DNA from: an uncultured delta proteobacterium
Lineage (GTDB): Bacteria > Myxococcota > Myxococcia > Myxococcales > Anaeromyxobacteraceae
Length of the DNA stretch: 64,000 bases
NCBI GenBank assembly: GCA_963814585.1
Contig: CAWFDF010000012.1
Coordinates: 32,001-96,000 of the forward strand
Reading direction: 5' to 3'
Every line of letters begins with the position of its first letter. Within the stretch, counting starts at the first letter, position 1. A program made the position numbers and the translations under genes. The notes beneath the pieces were generated by a model that was not told the origin of the DNA, did not search any database, and saw nothing but the letters and a program-made list of their open reading frames with translations. Shown here one piece after another: positions 27,689 through 37,933 of this stretch.

Positions 27689-29493
27689 TCAGCGGTCCGC
27701 CGGCCGGGGCGGGCGATCCTTGCAGCCCTTGGTCAGCGTGTACGAGTAGGTCCCGAGCTCGTCGCGCCAGAACTCGCCCTCATACGGCCAGTACAGGTGC
27801 TCGTCGGAGACGGCGTGGGTCCAGCGCAGGTCCTTGACCACCTCGACCTGGCTGCCGGCCGCCAGCGAGCCCTCCAGCGCCTGGCGCTCCTGGCGCGAGA
27901 CCTCGATGGAGATGCGCAGCGCCTGGGCCAGCATGGAGCGGAGCTGGTCGCGCTCGTACTCCAGCTTGGCGCGGGCGCGCAGCCCGGCCTCGGTGGTCAG
28001 CTGGGTCTTCTCCCGGGCCAGCCGCTGCTTGAGCGAGGAGGCCAGGGGCGAGGCGCGGAAGGCCTGGCTGCGATCGCCGATGCCGTGGTCCACCTCGGCG
28101 TCGATCTCGGCGGCGGCGTCGGAGAGCCGCTTGATGGAGGGGTCGGTGAACGCCAGCCGCCGCACCCGGGGGCTCACCGCCTGCTCGAGGAAGACCGACG
28201 GGGCCGAGGGCCTGGCGGCCAGCGCCACCAGCTCGTCGTAGAGCGGCTCGTAGGAGGAGGTGAAGGTCTCCAGCACCAGGCGCGCCTCGGGGTAGCGGCA
28301 GTTCTCGTAGTAGACGATGGCCTTCAGCACCCAGGACTCGGGGAAGTACTCGTCCTTGAAGTAGGCCGACTGGAGCGTGAGCAGGTTGCCGAGCGCCTTC
28401 TCGTGCTCGCCGATCCGGTAGTGGGCGTAGGACGCCTCCCACAGCCCTTCCAGCCACTGGGTCCCGCCCCACGGCATCTTGCCGTAGTAGAAGATGGCGT
28501 AGCGGTTCTGCCGGTTCTGGTAGTGGAGCCGGGCCAGCTGCAGGAAGGCCAGCTCGCGCAGCTCGGCGTCGCCGGCCCGACCCTTCTTCGGGTTGGTGAG
28601 CCGGACCACCTCCTTGAACCTCTCGCTGGCGGCCTGCTCGTCGGCGAGCGCGAAGCGCGCCAGCCCGTCGACGAACAGGGCGCGGGCGAAGATGTCGCCG
28701 TCCTCCTCGGCCCCCACCACCTGCGTGGCGCTGGCCCCGGCCTCACGCCGCACCAGCTGGGCCAGCCGGCTGGCCTCGCGCCAGGAGGCGCGGGCCTCCT
28801 CGGTCTTGCCGGCCTCTTCCAGGGCGCGGCCGCGCTCGAACTCGTACTTGGCCAGCAGGAAGTGGAAGCGGTCCTGGTACTCGGGCGGCGCGCCCTCGCG
28901 GGCATGGCGGGCCACCCGCGGCAGCACCTCCTGCTCGCTGGCGGTGGTGCGGCTCACCTTGAAGAGCCACTCCAGCGCGCTGTGGAAGTACCGGGTGCGG
29001 GACGGGCCACGCTCCAGGATCTCGTCGAGGTAGCCGAGCGCCGAGTGGTCGAGCCCGGCCAGCGACAGCGACCTGGCCAGCTGGAAGCGGGCCTCGTCGT
29101 GGGCCTCGGCGAGCCCCGGCTCGCGCAGGATGGCGTCGAACGCCACCGCCGCGGCGTCGTAGGCCTTCTGGTCGGCCAGCTTCCTGGCGGCCTCCAGCCG
29201 GGCCCTGGACTGGCTGCCGCTGGGCGGGACCGGCGCCAGGCCGGGACCGTCGCTCCGCGGCGGCGCCGGCTCGGTCCTGGCCGGCTCGGTCCTGGCCGGC
29301 TCCGGCCCTGGCAGGCTCCGGCTTCTTCGGTTCGGCCTTCTTCTTGGGATCCGCCTTCTTCGGCTCCGCCTTCTTCGGGGCCGGCTTCTTGGCTTCGGCC
29401 GGCGGCGCGCCCAGGTCGAGCCCGAGCTGGGCGCCGGCCGGCGAGGCCAGCGCCAGGGCGAGGAGCACCGCGGTGGCGGACGAGCGCGCGCAT
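27689..29493 (-). CDS. gltC: TPR gliding protein GltC; apparent extra bases at about 29478 and 29307
   Basis: ATG overlaps the gltA stop. The repaired frame reads MRAL.ATAVLLALALASPAGAQ...EPARPEPART...; ALGNLLTLQSAYF; C-terminus YWPYEGEFWRDELGTYSYTLTKGC. Confidence 0.85.
29266..29390. repeat. 15-bp period repeats encoding PKK(A/P)E and EPART linkers of GltC
   Basis: ccggctcggtcctgg repeated, followed by recurring cttctt(c/g)gg units. Confidence 0.7.
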
Positions 29494-30275
29494 CAGGTGC
29501 CTCCCCCAGCCGCCCGCGGGCTGGTCGGGAAGAAGAACGAGAGGCCGAGCTCGAGGAAGAGCTGGTTCTGCAGGTCGGTGCGCGGCTGGTTGCCGGAACC
29601 CTCGATCCAGTTGGGGACCTCCACGGCGTAGACGTAGTCCTTGACGTCGAAGCGGAGCGCCATGAAGCGGCTCAGGAAGATCCGGACGCCGATGCCGACG
29701 TGGCCGCCGATGGTCGAGGTGGTCGGGGGCTTGCCGCCGGCGGCGGCCAGGGCCTCGGCGTCGGCGCGCGACAGCACCTCGTCATGGGAGATGTAGTCGG
29801 CGCCCGCCATGAGGGCGAGGTCGAAGTGGAGCACCTGCTCGGCGCCCAGGTTGAGCTTCCCGTAGACCGGCGCCCAGGCCACCTCGGCCCCGGCCATCAT
29901 CCGGATCGCCCCCGGCACCTGCCAGAGCTGCGTCGGCGACGCCGGGTGACAGCCCTGGTTGACGGGGCAGACCACCGTCGAGCCGGTGGGCTCGGTCGTG
30001 CCCATGGCGAAGGTGCCGCCCACCGAGAGGAACTCGGTGAAGTGCCAGCCCACCTTCACGCCGCCGAGGTACTTCTTGAAGAAGGCGTCGTTGAAGGAGA
30101 GGTCGAAGGTCGGCGACACCTCGAGCCGGCCCGCCTTCTGGTGGAGCTGCCCGGAGATCGGCTTGATCTTCCCCTCGAAGGCGTCGGCCTTGTTGGCGGC
30201 GCGGGCCGCGCCCGGCAGGAGCGCGGCGAGGAGGAGCGCCAGCCCGGCGGCGCGCGTGGTGGCGGCGGCGCTCAT
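29493..30275 (-). CDS. gltA: outer-membrane beta-barrel GltA
   Basis: ATGA overlap with the upstream paralogue; signal peptide; GRLEVSP..SFNDAFFKK, WAPVYGK, ELGLSFFFP. The A/B naming relies on the K-B-A-C gene order. Confidence 0.75.
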   Translation of the reverse strand: MSAAATTRAAGLALLLAALLPGAARAANKADAFEGKIKPISGQLHQKAGRLEVSPTFDLSFNDAFFKKYLGGVKVGWHFTEFLSVGGTFAMGTTEPTGSTVVCPVNQGCHPASPTQLWQVPGAIRMMAGAEVAWAPVYGKLNLGAEQVLHFDLALMAGADYISHDEVLSRADAEALAAAGGKPPTTSTIGGHVGIGVRIFLSRFMALRFDVKDYVYAVEVPNWIEGSGNQPRTDLQNQLFLELGLSFFFPTSPRAAGGGT

Positions 30276-31120
30276 TGCGGGTACACGTACTGGAAGGAGG
30301 TGGGGAAGAAGAAGCTCACCCCCACGTTGGCGACGAAGACCGTCTGGGTGGTGGCCGGCACCGAGACGATGGGCTGGTCCGGGTAGAAGGTCGCCAGCAG
30401 CCCCAGCTCGAACGCCATCCACTCCTTCGGGTAGAAGCGGACGCCGCCGCCGAACTCCGCGGCCGGGTGCGGCCCTTCGTTGCGGGGGGCGTCGCTGGTG
30501 GCGCTCCAGACCACGCCGAAGCCGGCCGAGAGGAAGACGTCGAAGTGGACGATGGCGTCGCCCAGGAAGGCGGCCTTCCCGTACACCGGCGACCAGACGC
30601 CGTCCATCATGGCCTGCGAGTAGATCTGCGAGGTGAGCAGCTGGCTCTGGAAGGCCAGCTTGCCGACGCGGGCGTTGTCGGCCCGGAACGGCGTGTAGTA
30701 GGCGCCGCGCACCGCGAGCGCGAAGCTGTCCTGGAAGCTGTAGGCGAGCCGCAGGCCCCCGCCGACCTTCTGGTAGAAGGCGTCGTTCACGGTGAGCGAG
30801 AGGATGGGCGCCACCTCGAAGCGGCCCCGCTTGAGGAAGCCCTTGCGCTGGACCGCCTTGACCCGATCGCCCAGCGCCACGTCGCGCTCGCCGAAGAGCG
30901 TGGCCCCGGCGGCTGGCGCTGCCGGCGCCGGCTTCTCCTTGGCCCGGTCCTTGGCCTGCGGAGCCGTCAGGTCGAGCGGAGCGACCTCGGTCGGCTCGGG
31001 CGCCGGCTTTCGCGCCTCGGCCTTGGCCGGCGCGGAGAGGTCGAGTCCCTGGAGCTCCTGCGCGCCCGCCGGCGCGCCGAAGGCCAGGACCAACCATCCG
31101 ATGATCAGCCCTCTGTGCAT
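30272..31120 (-). CDS. gltB: outer-membrane beta-barrel GltB
   Basis: SD GGAGGG; signal peptide; RVKAVQRKGFLKRGRFE, VNDAFYQK, WSPVYGK, VGVSFFFP; paralogue of the neighbour. Confidence 0.75.
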   Translation of the reverse strand: MHRGLIIGWLVLAFGAPAGAQELQGLDLSAPAKAEARKPAPEPTEVAPLDLTAPQAKDRAKEKPAPAAPAAGATLFGERDVALGDRVKAVQRKGFLKRGRFEVAPILSLTVNDAFYQKVGGGLRLAYSFQDSFALAVRGAYYTPFRADNARVGKLAFQSQLLTSQIYSQAMMDGVWSPVYGKAAFLGDAIVHFDVFLSAGFGVVWSATSDAPRNEGPHPAAEFGGGVRFYPKEWMAFELGLLATFYPDQPIVSVPATTQTVFVANVGVSFFFPTSFQYVYPQ

Positions 31121-31271
31121 GTCCCTCCGCGGTCGAGAGCCAGCATCGTAGCGAATGGCCGGGGGGGCGGCAATCTCAGTTGCCCCCAATCTCGCGTGTG
31201 CCCGCGGCGCCTACATCCGCGTTCCTTGCTGGCCGGTCGCGCACCGTGATAACGGTTGGCGCTGGCACCCC

Positions 31272-31697
31272 ATGCGCCTCGCCTCCTCAGCACTGGCCTT
31301 GACCCTCGCCAGCTCCATGCTGGCGGGATGCCAGTCGCCCGACGTCGGGCAGCGCTGCGAGCTGGTCTGGAACACCTCGCCCGGCGCGCCGCCGGCGCCG
31401 ACGCCGGCCACCATCGCCTCCGAGTACTTCGAGACCGGGAACACCGCCTGCGACGACCTGGTCTGCATCGTCTCGCCGCAGGCGCCTGGCGAGCGCTACT
31501 ACGACTGCGCCGGCACGCAGTGCGGCTACTGCTCCAAGCCCTGCGTCTCCGACAAGGACTGCTTCCAGTCGGAGACCGGCCTGGTCTGCCGCCAGGTGGT
31601 GCTCGACCCGGCCTTCATCGCCGGGCTCGACCCCGAGACCCGCGCCACCTACCTGGCCGACATCCAGTTCTCGAGCTACTGCGCCGTCCCACGATGA
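31272..31697 (+). CDS. gltK: Cys-rich outer-membrane lipoprotein GltK (CglC/AgmO)
   Basis: Lipobox LAGC then DVGQRC, CDDLVC, GYCSKPC; 11 Cys; divergent from gltB. Confidence 0.82.
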   Translation: MRLASSALALTLASSMLAGCQSPDVGQRCELVWNTSPGAPPAPTPATIASEYFETGNTACDDLVCIVSPQAPGERYYDCAGTQCGYCSKPCVSDKDCFQSETGLVCRQVVLDPAFIAGLDPETRATYLADIQFSSYCAVPR

Positions 31698-32173
31698 CGC
31701 CGCGCCTCGCCCGGGCCGCTCCGGCCCTGGTCCTCCTCGGCTCCCTCGCCTGCGCCGCCCGCCCCCCCGCCGAGCCGGTGGCGGCCGCCCCGCCGCCGCG
31801 GGTGATCGTGGTGACCGCCGCGGGCGCCCGGCTCCCGGTGACCGTCGAGCTGGCGCGCACCGACGAGGAGCGGGAGCGCGGGCTGATGAACCGGCGCGAG
31901 CTGGCGCCGGAGGCGGGCATGCTCTTCCTCTTCTCGGAGAACGAGCCGCGGGCCTTCTGGATGAAGAACACGCTCATCCCGCTCGACATGCTCTTCATCG
32001 ACGACGGCGGCCGCGTGGCCGGCCTGATCGAGCGGGCCGAGCCGCTCACCACCTCACCGCGCGATCCGGGCGTCCCCAGCCGCTACGTGCTGGAGGTGAA
32101 CGGCGGCTGGGCGGCGCGCCACGGCGTGCGGCCGGGTGACCGCGTCCTGTTCGAGAACGTGCCGCGGTTCTAG
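31694..32173 (+). CDS. DUF192 family protein, probable lipoprotein
   Basis: VELART..RERGLM..GMLFLF..FWMKNTLIPLDMLFI..YVLEVNGG; SLAC lipobox; ATGA overlap with gltK. Confidence 0.9.
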   Translation: MTPRLARAAPALVLLGSLACAARPPAEPVAAAPPPRVIVVTAAGARLPVTVELARTDEERERGLMNRRELAPEAGMLFLFSENEPRAFWMKNTLIPLDMLFIDDGGRVAGLIERAEPLTTSPRDPGVPSRYVLEVNGGWAARHGVRPGDRVLFENVPRF

Positions 32174-32187
32174 CTCCGGGCGCCTGG

Positions 32188-32568
32188 TCAGGGCTTCCGG
32201 TCGTGGGCGTGGCGCAGCAGGTTGCCGGTCAGCTCGGCGCCGAGGCTCCGCTCCATCAGCTGCTCCACCACCCGCTCGAACTCGATCCGCTCCAGCTCGT
32301 CGCCCCACACGAAGCGGATCCCCATGCCCGGCTCCTCGCCGCTGCCCGCGGTCCGGATCACCTCGCCGCTCAGCTCGAACGGGGCGTCCCGCCCCGGTAT
32401 CGAGAGCCGGAAGATGAAGCGGGTGCCGGTGGGCAGCGACTTCCTGGTCTTGATGAAGGTCCCGCCCTTGGAGATGTTCTTGGTGTAGTCGGCGAAGAAG
32501 CTGTTGAGCTTCCGGTAGTCGACCTTGAGCTCGATGGGCGCGCGACCGTGCTGCCGGTTCTCGATCAT
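32188..32568 (-). CDS. stand-alone PilZ-domain protein (TIGR02266-like)
   Basis: RQHGR (RxxxR), NISKGG (N/DxSxxG), PGMGIRF. Confidence 0.9.
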   Translation of the reverse strand: MIENRQHGRAPIELKVDYRKLNSFFADYTKNISKGGTFIKTRKSLPTGTRFIFRLSIPGRDAPFELSGEVIRTAGSGEEPGMGIRFVWGDELERIEFERVVEQLMERSLGAELTGNLLRHAHDRKP

Positions 32569-32635
32569 GAGGCGGTCATGTTAGCGCTGCGAGGCGCCGA
32601 CCGATAGGATCGGGGGGCCCGCCGCCGGACCCACC

Positions 32636-34889
32636 GTGACCTCTCGCCTCCTCGCCCTCATCTCGACGCTGCTCCGCCGCCGCGCCGCCCTGGCCGCGGG
32701 GGGTGGGCTGCTGCTGCTCGGCGCCCTGGGCGGCCTGCTCCCGCTGCTCGACGTCCCCGGCTACGAGCTGGGCCTGGTGGGCGCCTGGCTCGGGCTCTCG
32801 CTGGGTCCGCCGCTGGGCTGGTGGGCCGCCAGCCAGGAGCGGGGCCGCCCGGACGGCTCGCCGGCCGTGGCGGCCGCGGCGGCGGCGCTGGCCTCGACGG
32901 CGCTGCTGGCGCTCCTCTTCCTCGCCGTGGCGGTTCGCGCCGCGCTCGGACCCTGCCGCGCCCTGGACGGCGCCGCCTTCTTCCCGGTGCTGGCCCTCCC
33001 CTCGGCGTGGCTGGCGGCGGCCCTTGCGACCGCGCTGGCCTGGCCGGGGCGCCGCCGGCGCCTGGCGGCCGGCTTCGCGCTGGCGCTCCTCGGCTCGCTC
33101 GGCTGGACGCTGCTCGAGGCCTGGCGAGGCCCGGCCGCCTTCGCGCTCGACCACCTCCTCGGCGTCTGGCCCGGCCCGCTCTACGACGAGGCGCTCCGGG
33201 TCGACGCCCGCGTCCTGCTCTTCCGGGCCCAGACCGTGGCGCTCGCCGTGCTGGTCGCGGCGGCGGCCGAGGCCCAGGCCCGGCGGCGGTCCAGCCGTCC
33301 CACCGCCCGGACGCTGCTGGCCGTCGCCCTCGCCCTGGCCGGGCTGGCCGGGGCGCAGGGTGGCGCTCCGGGTGAAGGTGCTCGACGGCGACCGCGAGGC
33401 CGTCGCCAGGGCGCTGGGAGGCCGGCACGTCGGGCCGGCCTGCACGCTGGTCTTCCCCGCCGAGATGAAGGCCCCGGCGCTGGCCGCGCTGGCCGGCGAC
33501 TGCGAGTTCCACGCCGCCGATCTCGCCGCCGCGCTCGGGCTGGCGACGCCGCCGCGCCTGACCGTCTTCGTCCACCGCAGCGACGAGGAGAAGCGGCGCC
33601 ACGTGGGCGCCGGCGCCACCAGCTTCACCAAGCCGTGGCTCGGCGAGGTCCACCTCACCCAGGCGGCCTCGCCGCACCCGGTGCTCAGGCACGAGCTGGT
33701 CCACGCCGTGGCCGCCGCGCTGGAGCCCGGTCCGCTCGGCGTCCCGGCGCGTGCCGGGGTGCTGGTCCAGGCCGGGCTGGTCGAGGGGCTGGCGGTGGCG
33801 CTGGAGCTGCCGCGCGGCAGCTGGACGGTCCACGAGTGGACCGCGGCGATGCGCGACCTCGGCCTGGCACCCGACCTGGCCAGGCAGCTGGGCCCCGCAG
33901 GCTTCTGGACCACGGCGCCGGCCCGGGCCTACACCGCGGCCGGCAGCCTGCTGGCCTTCCTGCTGGACCGCCAGGGGAGCGCGGCGGTGGCGCTGCTCTA
34001 CCGGACCGGCGACTTCGAGGCCGCCTTCGGCCGGCCCCTCGCGGCCCTGGTGGCCGACTGGCACGCCTTCCTGGCGGCCGTGCCGCGGCCGCCGGGGCTG
34101 GCCGCCGCGGCGCGCGCCCGCTTCGCCCGCCCCGCCCTCTTCGCCGTCCCCTGCGCCCGCGAGGTGGCGGCGCTCGAGGCGCGTGCCTACGCCGACGCCG
34201 GCCACGGGCGGATCGCGGTGGCCTGCGATGGGCTGCGCCGGGTCTGGTCGCTCACCGGCCGGGCCGGGCCGCTCAAGGCCGCCGGCGACCTGCTGGCGCG
34301 CAGCGGCGCCTTCGACGAGGCCGAGGCGGCCTACCTCGACGCGGGGCGCGTGGCTGGCGACGCCGACCTGGCCCTCTCCGCGGCGCTGCGCTCGGCACGG
34401 GCCGATCTCGCCTGGCGACGCGACCAGCCGGCCGCCGCCGCCGCCGGCTGGCTGGCCGCCCTGGCCGCCGGCGGGGAGCGTCACGAGCGGCGACTGCTCG
34501 AGGCCAAGCTGGCGGCGCTCGGCGAGGCCGGGCTGGCCACGGCGCTGCGGCCGTGGCTGCTCGGGCAGGCCGACCCGGCCACCGCACTCGCCGACCTGGA
34601 GCGGCTGGGGCGGCCGCTCGGCGACTACCTGGCGGCTAGGGCGCGCCTCGCCCGCGGCGAGGTGAAGGAGGCGCTCCTGCTCCTCGAGCGATCCGGAGCC
34701 GGGCCCCTCCCGGAGCTGATCGGGCTGGAGCGGCGGTACCTGCTGGCCGAGGCCCGCTGCCTCGCCGGCGCGGAGGCCGCCGGCGCGCGGGAGCTGACCG
34801 CGCTCGCGCTGGGCGCCGCGGGAGGCGCCGACCGGGCCCGCGCCGAGGCGGGCGTGCGGCGGTGCACCTTCGAGGCCGCGCGCCGATAG
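32636..34889 (+). CDS. polytopic membrane protein with HExxH zinc-peptidase-like domain and helical C-terminus; apparent extra base at about 33359
   Basis: About 7 hydrophobic segments and GVWPGPLYDE. Removing one G in CAG G GTG joins to VLRHELVH...LVEGLAVA...AYTAAGS. Confidence 0.7.
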
Positions 34890-34965
34890 CGCGGCCCTGC
34901 GGGGCCGGAGCCTGGTCCAGGCCTCGACCAGCGACGTCAGGCGCCGGGGGCGGGGACCCGGATCG

Positions 34966-37538
34966 TCAGGCCACCTTGGTGGCGCGGCCCGAAGGCCGCG
35001 CGGTCGAGTACTCGGGCAGCTCGTCGAACTGCAGGTACCGGTAGACCTTCTCGGCCCTGGGCGCGATCTTGGCGCTGAAGGCCGCGAAGTACTCGGCCGG
35101 CGTGGGCAGCTTGCCCAGGCTGGCGGCCACCGCGCCCAGCTCGGCCGAGCCGAGGAACACCTTGGCGCCGGCGCCCATGCGGTCGTCGAAGTTGCGGGTC
35201 GAGGTCGAGTAGACCGTCACCGCGTCCGGCACCCGGGCCTGGTTGCCCATGCACAGCGAGCAGCCGGCGGTCTCGATGCGGGCCCCGATGGCGCTGTAGG
35301 TGGTGAAGTAGGCCTCCTCCTTGAGCTGCTGCTGGTCCATGCGGGTGGGCGGGCAGAGCCAGGTGCGGACGGACGGGTTGAACTTCTGCCCCTTCCAGAT
35401 CTCGCCGGCGGCGCGGAAGTGGCCGATGTTGGTCATGCAGGAGCCGAGGAAGACGTCGTCGATCCTGGTCCCGGCCACCTCGGAGAGGACCTTCACGTCG
35501 TCGGGGTCGTTGGGGCAGGCCAGGATCGGCTCGGTGATCTCGGCCAGGTCGATCTCGAACACCTTCTCGTACTCGGCGTTCTTGTCGGCCACCGAGCACG
35601 GACGGGCTTCTTCAGCCACTTCTCGACGGCCGCGATGCGCCCCTCGAAGGCCTTCCTGTCGCCGTAGCCGTCGGCGATCATCTTCCTCATCAGCGCCACG
35701 TTGGAGCGCAGGTAGGTGGCGATGGTCTTCGGCGAGAGGGCCACGCAGGCGGCGGCGGCCGAGCGCTCGGCGGCGGCGTCGGTCAGCTCGAAGGCCTGCT
35801 CGACGGTCAGGTCGGGCAGCCCCTCCATCTCCAGGATGGTGCCGTTGAAGATGTTCTTCTTCCCCTTCTTGGGCACCGTCAGGTCGCCGGACTTGATGGC
35901 GGCCAGCGGGATGGCGTTGACCACGTCACGGAGCGTGATGCCGGGGTTGAGCTGGCCCTTGAAGCGGACCAGCACGCTCTTGGGCATCTCCAGCGGCATG
36001 AAGCCGAGGGCGGCGCCGAAGGCCACCAGCCCCGAGCCGGCCGGGAAGCTGATGCCGATGGGGAAGCGGGTGTGCGAGTCGCCGCCGGTGCCGACCGTGT
36101 CGGGGAGCAGCAGCCGGTTGAGCCAGGAGTGGATGACGCCGTCGCCGGGGCGGAGCGCCACGCCGCCGCGGGCCTGGATGAAGCTGGGCAGGGAGGCGTG
36201 CATGGCCACGTCGGCCGCCTTGGGGTAGGCCGCGGTGTGGCAGAACGACTGCATCACCATGGGGGCCTGGAACTTCAGGCAGGCCAGCTCCTTCAGCTCG
36301 TCGGCGGTCATCGGGCCGGTGGTGTCCTGGGAGCCGACGGTGGTCATCCTCGGCTCGACGTACCAGCCGGGCAGCGCGCCCGGCAGGCCGCAGGCCTGGC
36401 CGACCATCTTCTGGGCCAGCGAGTAGCCCTGCCCCTTGGGCGGGGCCGGGTTGGTCTTCACCACGAAGAGATCGGTGGGCCCCTTCTTGAGCGCCTTGCG
36501 GGCGCGGTCGGTGAGGGCGCGGCCGATGATGAGGGGGATGCGGCCGCCGGCGCGGAACTCGTCGCCGATGGTCTCGGGCGTCAGCTTGAAGGTGCTCAGC
36601 ACCTCGCCGCCCTCGCTGCGGATCTCGCCCTGGACCGTGTCGATGACGACCACGTCGCCCATCTTGAGCTTCGACACGTCGGCCTTGATGGGCAGCGCGC
36701 CGGAGTCCTGCGCGGTGTTGAAGAAGATGGGAGCGATGACGCCGCCGATGATCACGCCGCCGTTGCGCTTGTTGGGCACGAACGGGATGTCGTCGCCGAT
36801 GGCCCACTGGACGCTGTTGCAGGCCGACTTGCGCGACGAGCCGGTGCCGACCACGTCGCCGACGAAGGCGACCTCGAAGCCGGCGGCGCGGTACTCGGCG
36901 ATGGTCTTCAGGCCGGTGGGGAACTTGGTCTTCCCCATGGCCAGGGCGTGCAGCGGGATGTCGGGCCGGGTCGCGGCGTCGCCGGCCGGCGAGAAGTCGT
37001 CGGTGTTGATCTCGCCGTCGACGCGGAAGACCTTGACCTTGATGGCCGGGCGGACGCCCTTGCGCGCCGTGAACCACTCGGCGTTGGCCCAGGACTCGAT
37101 CACCGACCTGGCCTCCGCGTTCTTGGCCTTGGAGAGCGCCAGCACGTCGTCGAAGGCGTCGTAGACGTAGGTGATGCCGGAGAGGGCCTTGGCGGCGGCG
37201 GCGGCCAGCGCCTTCACCTTGAGCGCGGCCACCAGCGGCGGGACGTTGTAGCCGCCGCCCATGGTGCCGAGCAGCTCGATCGCCATGATCTTGTCGATCT
37301 GGGAGCACTTCACCTTGCCCCTGACGATCTCGCCGAGGAAGGCGGCCTTCACCTCGGCGGCGGGGTCGACGCCGGGGGAGATCCGGTTCACCAGCAGGTC
37401 GAGGAGCAGCTGCGCCTGGCCCTTGGGAGGCTTGACCAGCAGCTTCACCAGCTCGCGGGTCTGCGCCGGGTCGAGCGGCCTCGCCGGGATGCCCTGCTCC
37501 TTCCGCTCCGCCTCGTGCTTCAGGTAGGCCTCGATCAC
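34966..37538 (-). CDS. acnB: aconitate hydratase 2 / 2-methylisocitrate dehydratase; frame break at about 35590-35607
   Basis: [85 protein letters not shown] before GTG. Confidence 0.95.
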
Positions 37539-37750
37539 GTGGTCCTCCAGGGGTCCGGTGGTAGGTCGATGGGGCGACTGGAATAGCACGCCCGGGGGCA
37601 GCCTGTCAGCCGCTGTCAACTGGAAAAGGTCCATGAGAATCGCGGCTTGGCTAGACCGCACCGGTCCATGATGGCGCCGCGCGCAAGGTCGCGGGGAGCC
37701 ACGGGAAAGCGGTGTTTCCATGACGCGACGGGGGGCGTCGCGGTCGCGCC

Positions 37751-37933
37751 TCACCGCTTCGGCGGCGCCGGCGGCTCCGCGGGAGCCTGCGGCGATTCGT
37801 CCTCGTCGTCGAGCATCCGGTACTTGGGCCCCTCGGGATCGTCGTACTGCCCGCTCCTCACCGACCAGACGAAGCCGAGCCAGGCGGCCAGCCCGAGCGC
37901 GAGGGAGATGAGGATGAGGCCGGTGAGGATCAT
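37751..37933 (-). CDS. ccoS: cbb3 oxidase assembly protein CcoS
   Basis: TM then [28 protein letters not shown] overlap with ccoI. Confidence 0.9.
   Translation of the reverse strand: MILTGLILISLALGLAAWLGFVWSVRSGQYDDPEGPKYRMLDDEDESPQAPAEPPAPPKR

Noticed and set aside
29468..29495. Stop read-through or selenocysteine fusion of gltA into gltC (TGA in frame with the gltC signal peptide)
   Set aside because: Better explained by a TGATG overlap plus one extra base; no Cys-homologous context.
35590..35607. Programmed frameshifting in acnB or glt genes
   Set aside because: No slippery heptamer or stimulatory signal seen, and the same error pattern recurs in unrelated genes.
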